A DNA stretch of 63,907 nucleotides, counting the filler, from Rhabdomonas costata (lineage: Eukaryota): assembly GCA_019059605.1 (NCBI GenBank). It is 32 parts of 32 records of this genome, joined end to end, with 100 filler letters (N's around TTAATTAATTAA, not from the genome) between each part and the next. Parts side by side here need not be neighbours in the genome. Positions count along the whole stretch, not along the records: positions 62,012 to 63,907 come from JAHMHO010007646.1; 31 more parts are not named here. One strand, written 5' to 3'. The position numbers were made by a program, and so were the translations under genes. Below the pieces are notes generated by a model. The model was not told the origin of the DNA, did not search any database, and saw only the letters and a program-made list of their open reading frames with translations. How positions within the stretch are numbered: position 1 is the first letter of the stretch; the number at the start of each line of letters is the position of its first letter. Positions 62,600-63,907 of this stretch are shown piece after piece.

Positions 62600-63494
62600 G
62601 TACCCAGAGAACGTTCCCGTGAGTGTGGCCTGGGGAGTGCTTGCCGCCCTCACGGTGACATTGAACATCCTCTGCGTTCTCTCGGATGCCGCGGACCCCG
62701 GGGTGCAGACTAAGGTCGAGGACCTCTCCGAGGTGACCTGCCCTGAGGGCAAGGCGGCGTGCTACCTGTGCAGGGCCTTCGTGGCGAAGTCCAGCAAGCA
62801 CTGCCGGAAGTGCAACAAGTGTGTGGTGGGCTTTGACCACCACTGCAAGTGGCTGAACACCTGCGTTGGTGTCAGGAACTACAGGTATAGTGTTGCCGCC
62901 CATCGCTCCTGCTTTAGTTGGGCATCCCTCTGGTTTACCGGATTTGTTTGTATTTTCATTGTTTTTACGTAGACGAGACATTTTTTGTTTAACACCAGCA
63001 AGCCCTACTGAAACGTATCTGACTTTTTCTGGGGTTGCCGGCACAGTTCACTTGAAATCATGATTTGACCACTTGACCACTTGAACCCAGCTTTCTTGAA
63101 AAATGCATTTTCCTCTGGCAATTACACCGTTTGCCCAACCCACGTTTCTCTGAAATGATCATGATGCTAGGTTTTATAGGTAGTAGAGGACGTATTTTGA
63201 ACAAAGACTGGACAGAATTGGTGATAGGTTTTATTTTTGTGGATGCCGTTGGGAGCCAGGTTGAAGTGGACCTCTATTCCTCCCCAGAAAAATCCATCCT
63301 TGCCAAGTGTGCATAGTGTGTATGTGTATGTCCGTGCTTCTTGCATAACCTCTTCTTACACAGGCTGTTCTTTGCCTTTCTCTCCGTCACCTTGGCCACG
63401 GCAACCTCCCAGCTCGCAGTAGTGATCTACCAGTTCATTGACACCTTCCTACACAGGGACTACTACGAAAGCCGGCTTGGCTCCCTTCGCCTTA
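62600..63494 (+). CDS. DHHC palmitoyltransferase; exons 62600-62884 and 63364-about 63494
   Basis: CYLC...[37 protein letters not shown]. Confidence 0.96.
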
Positions 63495-63907
63495 GTGTCC
63501 TGGTGTGCCTGTCTCTTCGTAATCCCCCCCCCCCGAATCTTTTTCAAGTGGTTGAGCAGGCCTCCAACGTCCCATAATCCACAATGCTACGCTCGCTTGT
63601 ATGGGAAAGGAACCGTGTCACCGGCCAGAAGACTAGCAGGTCATTGGTTTTCCCCAAAAGAAGGAAAGGCATCTGCCATTAGATGAACAACGCCTGCAGG
63701 TAAAAATTCATCTTCCAACGAAGGGTCTTGCCGTCTCAGGGCCCCTCATGTCGGACAGGCCACGAGCAATGCGGTTAGAAAAGGTCTGCTCGAAGTACTG
63801 TACCTCCGACTGGAACTTGTACTGCGTGGCACAGGGAGGCATTCCACCGCAGCGCAGTGCTCATTGCGCATTGCAGACACTCACCGGTTGCATGAGCAGC
63901 GTGAACG

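Overview
This window is not one locus. It is 32 unlinked eukaryotic contigs of about 1.9-2.0 kb joined by 31 artificial 100-nt spacers (N-run, TTAATTAATTAA, N-run), so gene neighbourhood across spacers is meaningless. The DNA is intron-rich nuclear sequence of a protist, most likely a euglenozoan (euglenid or diplonemid-like). That is inferred from GT(A/G)T(G/C)-type donor sites, a TM-HAMP-cyclase receptor gene and TTAGGG repeats. Spliced gene fragments reconstructed by hand include PLRG1, plant-like phospholipase D, an ATRX/ARIP4-like SNF2 ATPase, a BRSK/SNF1-like kinase, Fes1/HSPBP1, ArfGAP, two class III cyclases, an ATG1-like C-terminus, a PX domain, PRPP synthetase, a LolD/ABCH-like ATPase, a METTL6-like methyltransferase and a DHHC palmitoyltransferase. 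The most notable observations are: an intronless NLR-like NACHT-pentapeptide protein with a long helical insertion; a zinc-finger ADP-ribosyltransferase (R-S-E type) with one in-frame TAG; a homology-forced GA-AG intron plus several GC-AG introns; a decayed Merlin/IS1595 transposase; a short TIR-bounded repeat family, one copy of which carries telomeric repeats; a truncated dynein-AAA6-like protein; and an intronless, stop-riddled contig that may be a viral or transposon relic. Fold-back inversions at contig ends look like amplification artefacts. All family calls rest on motif recognition, not database searches.
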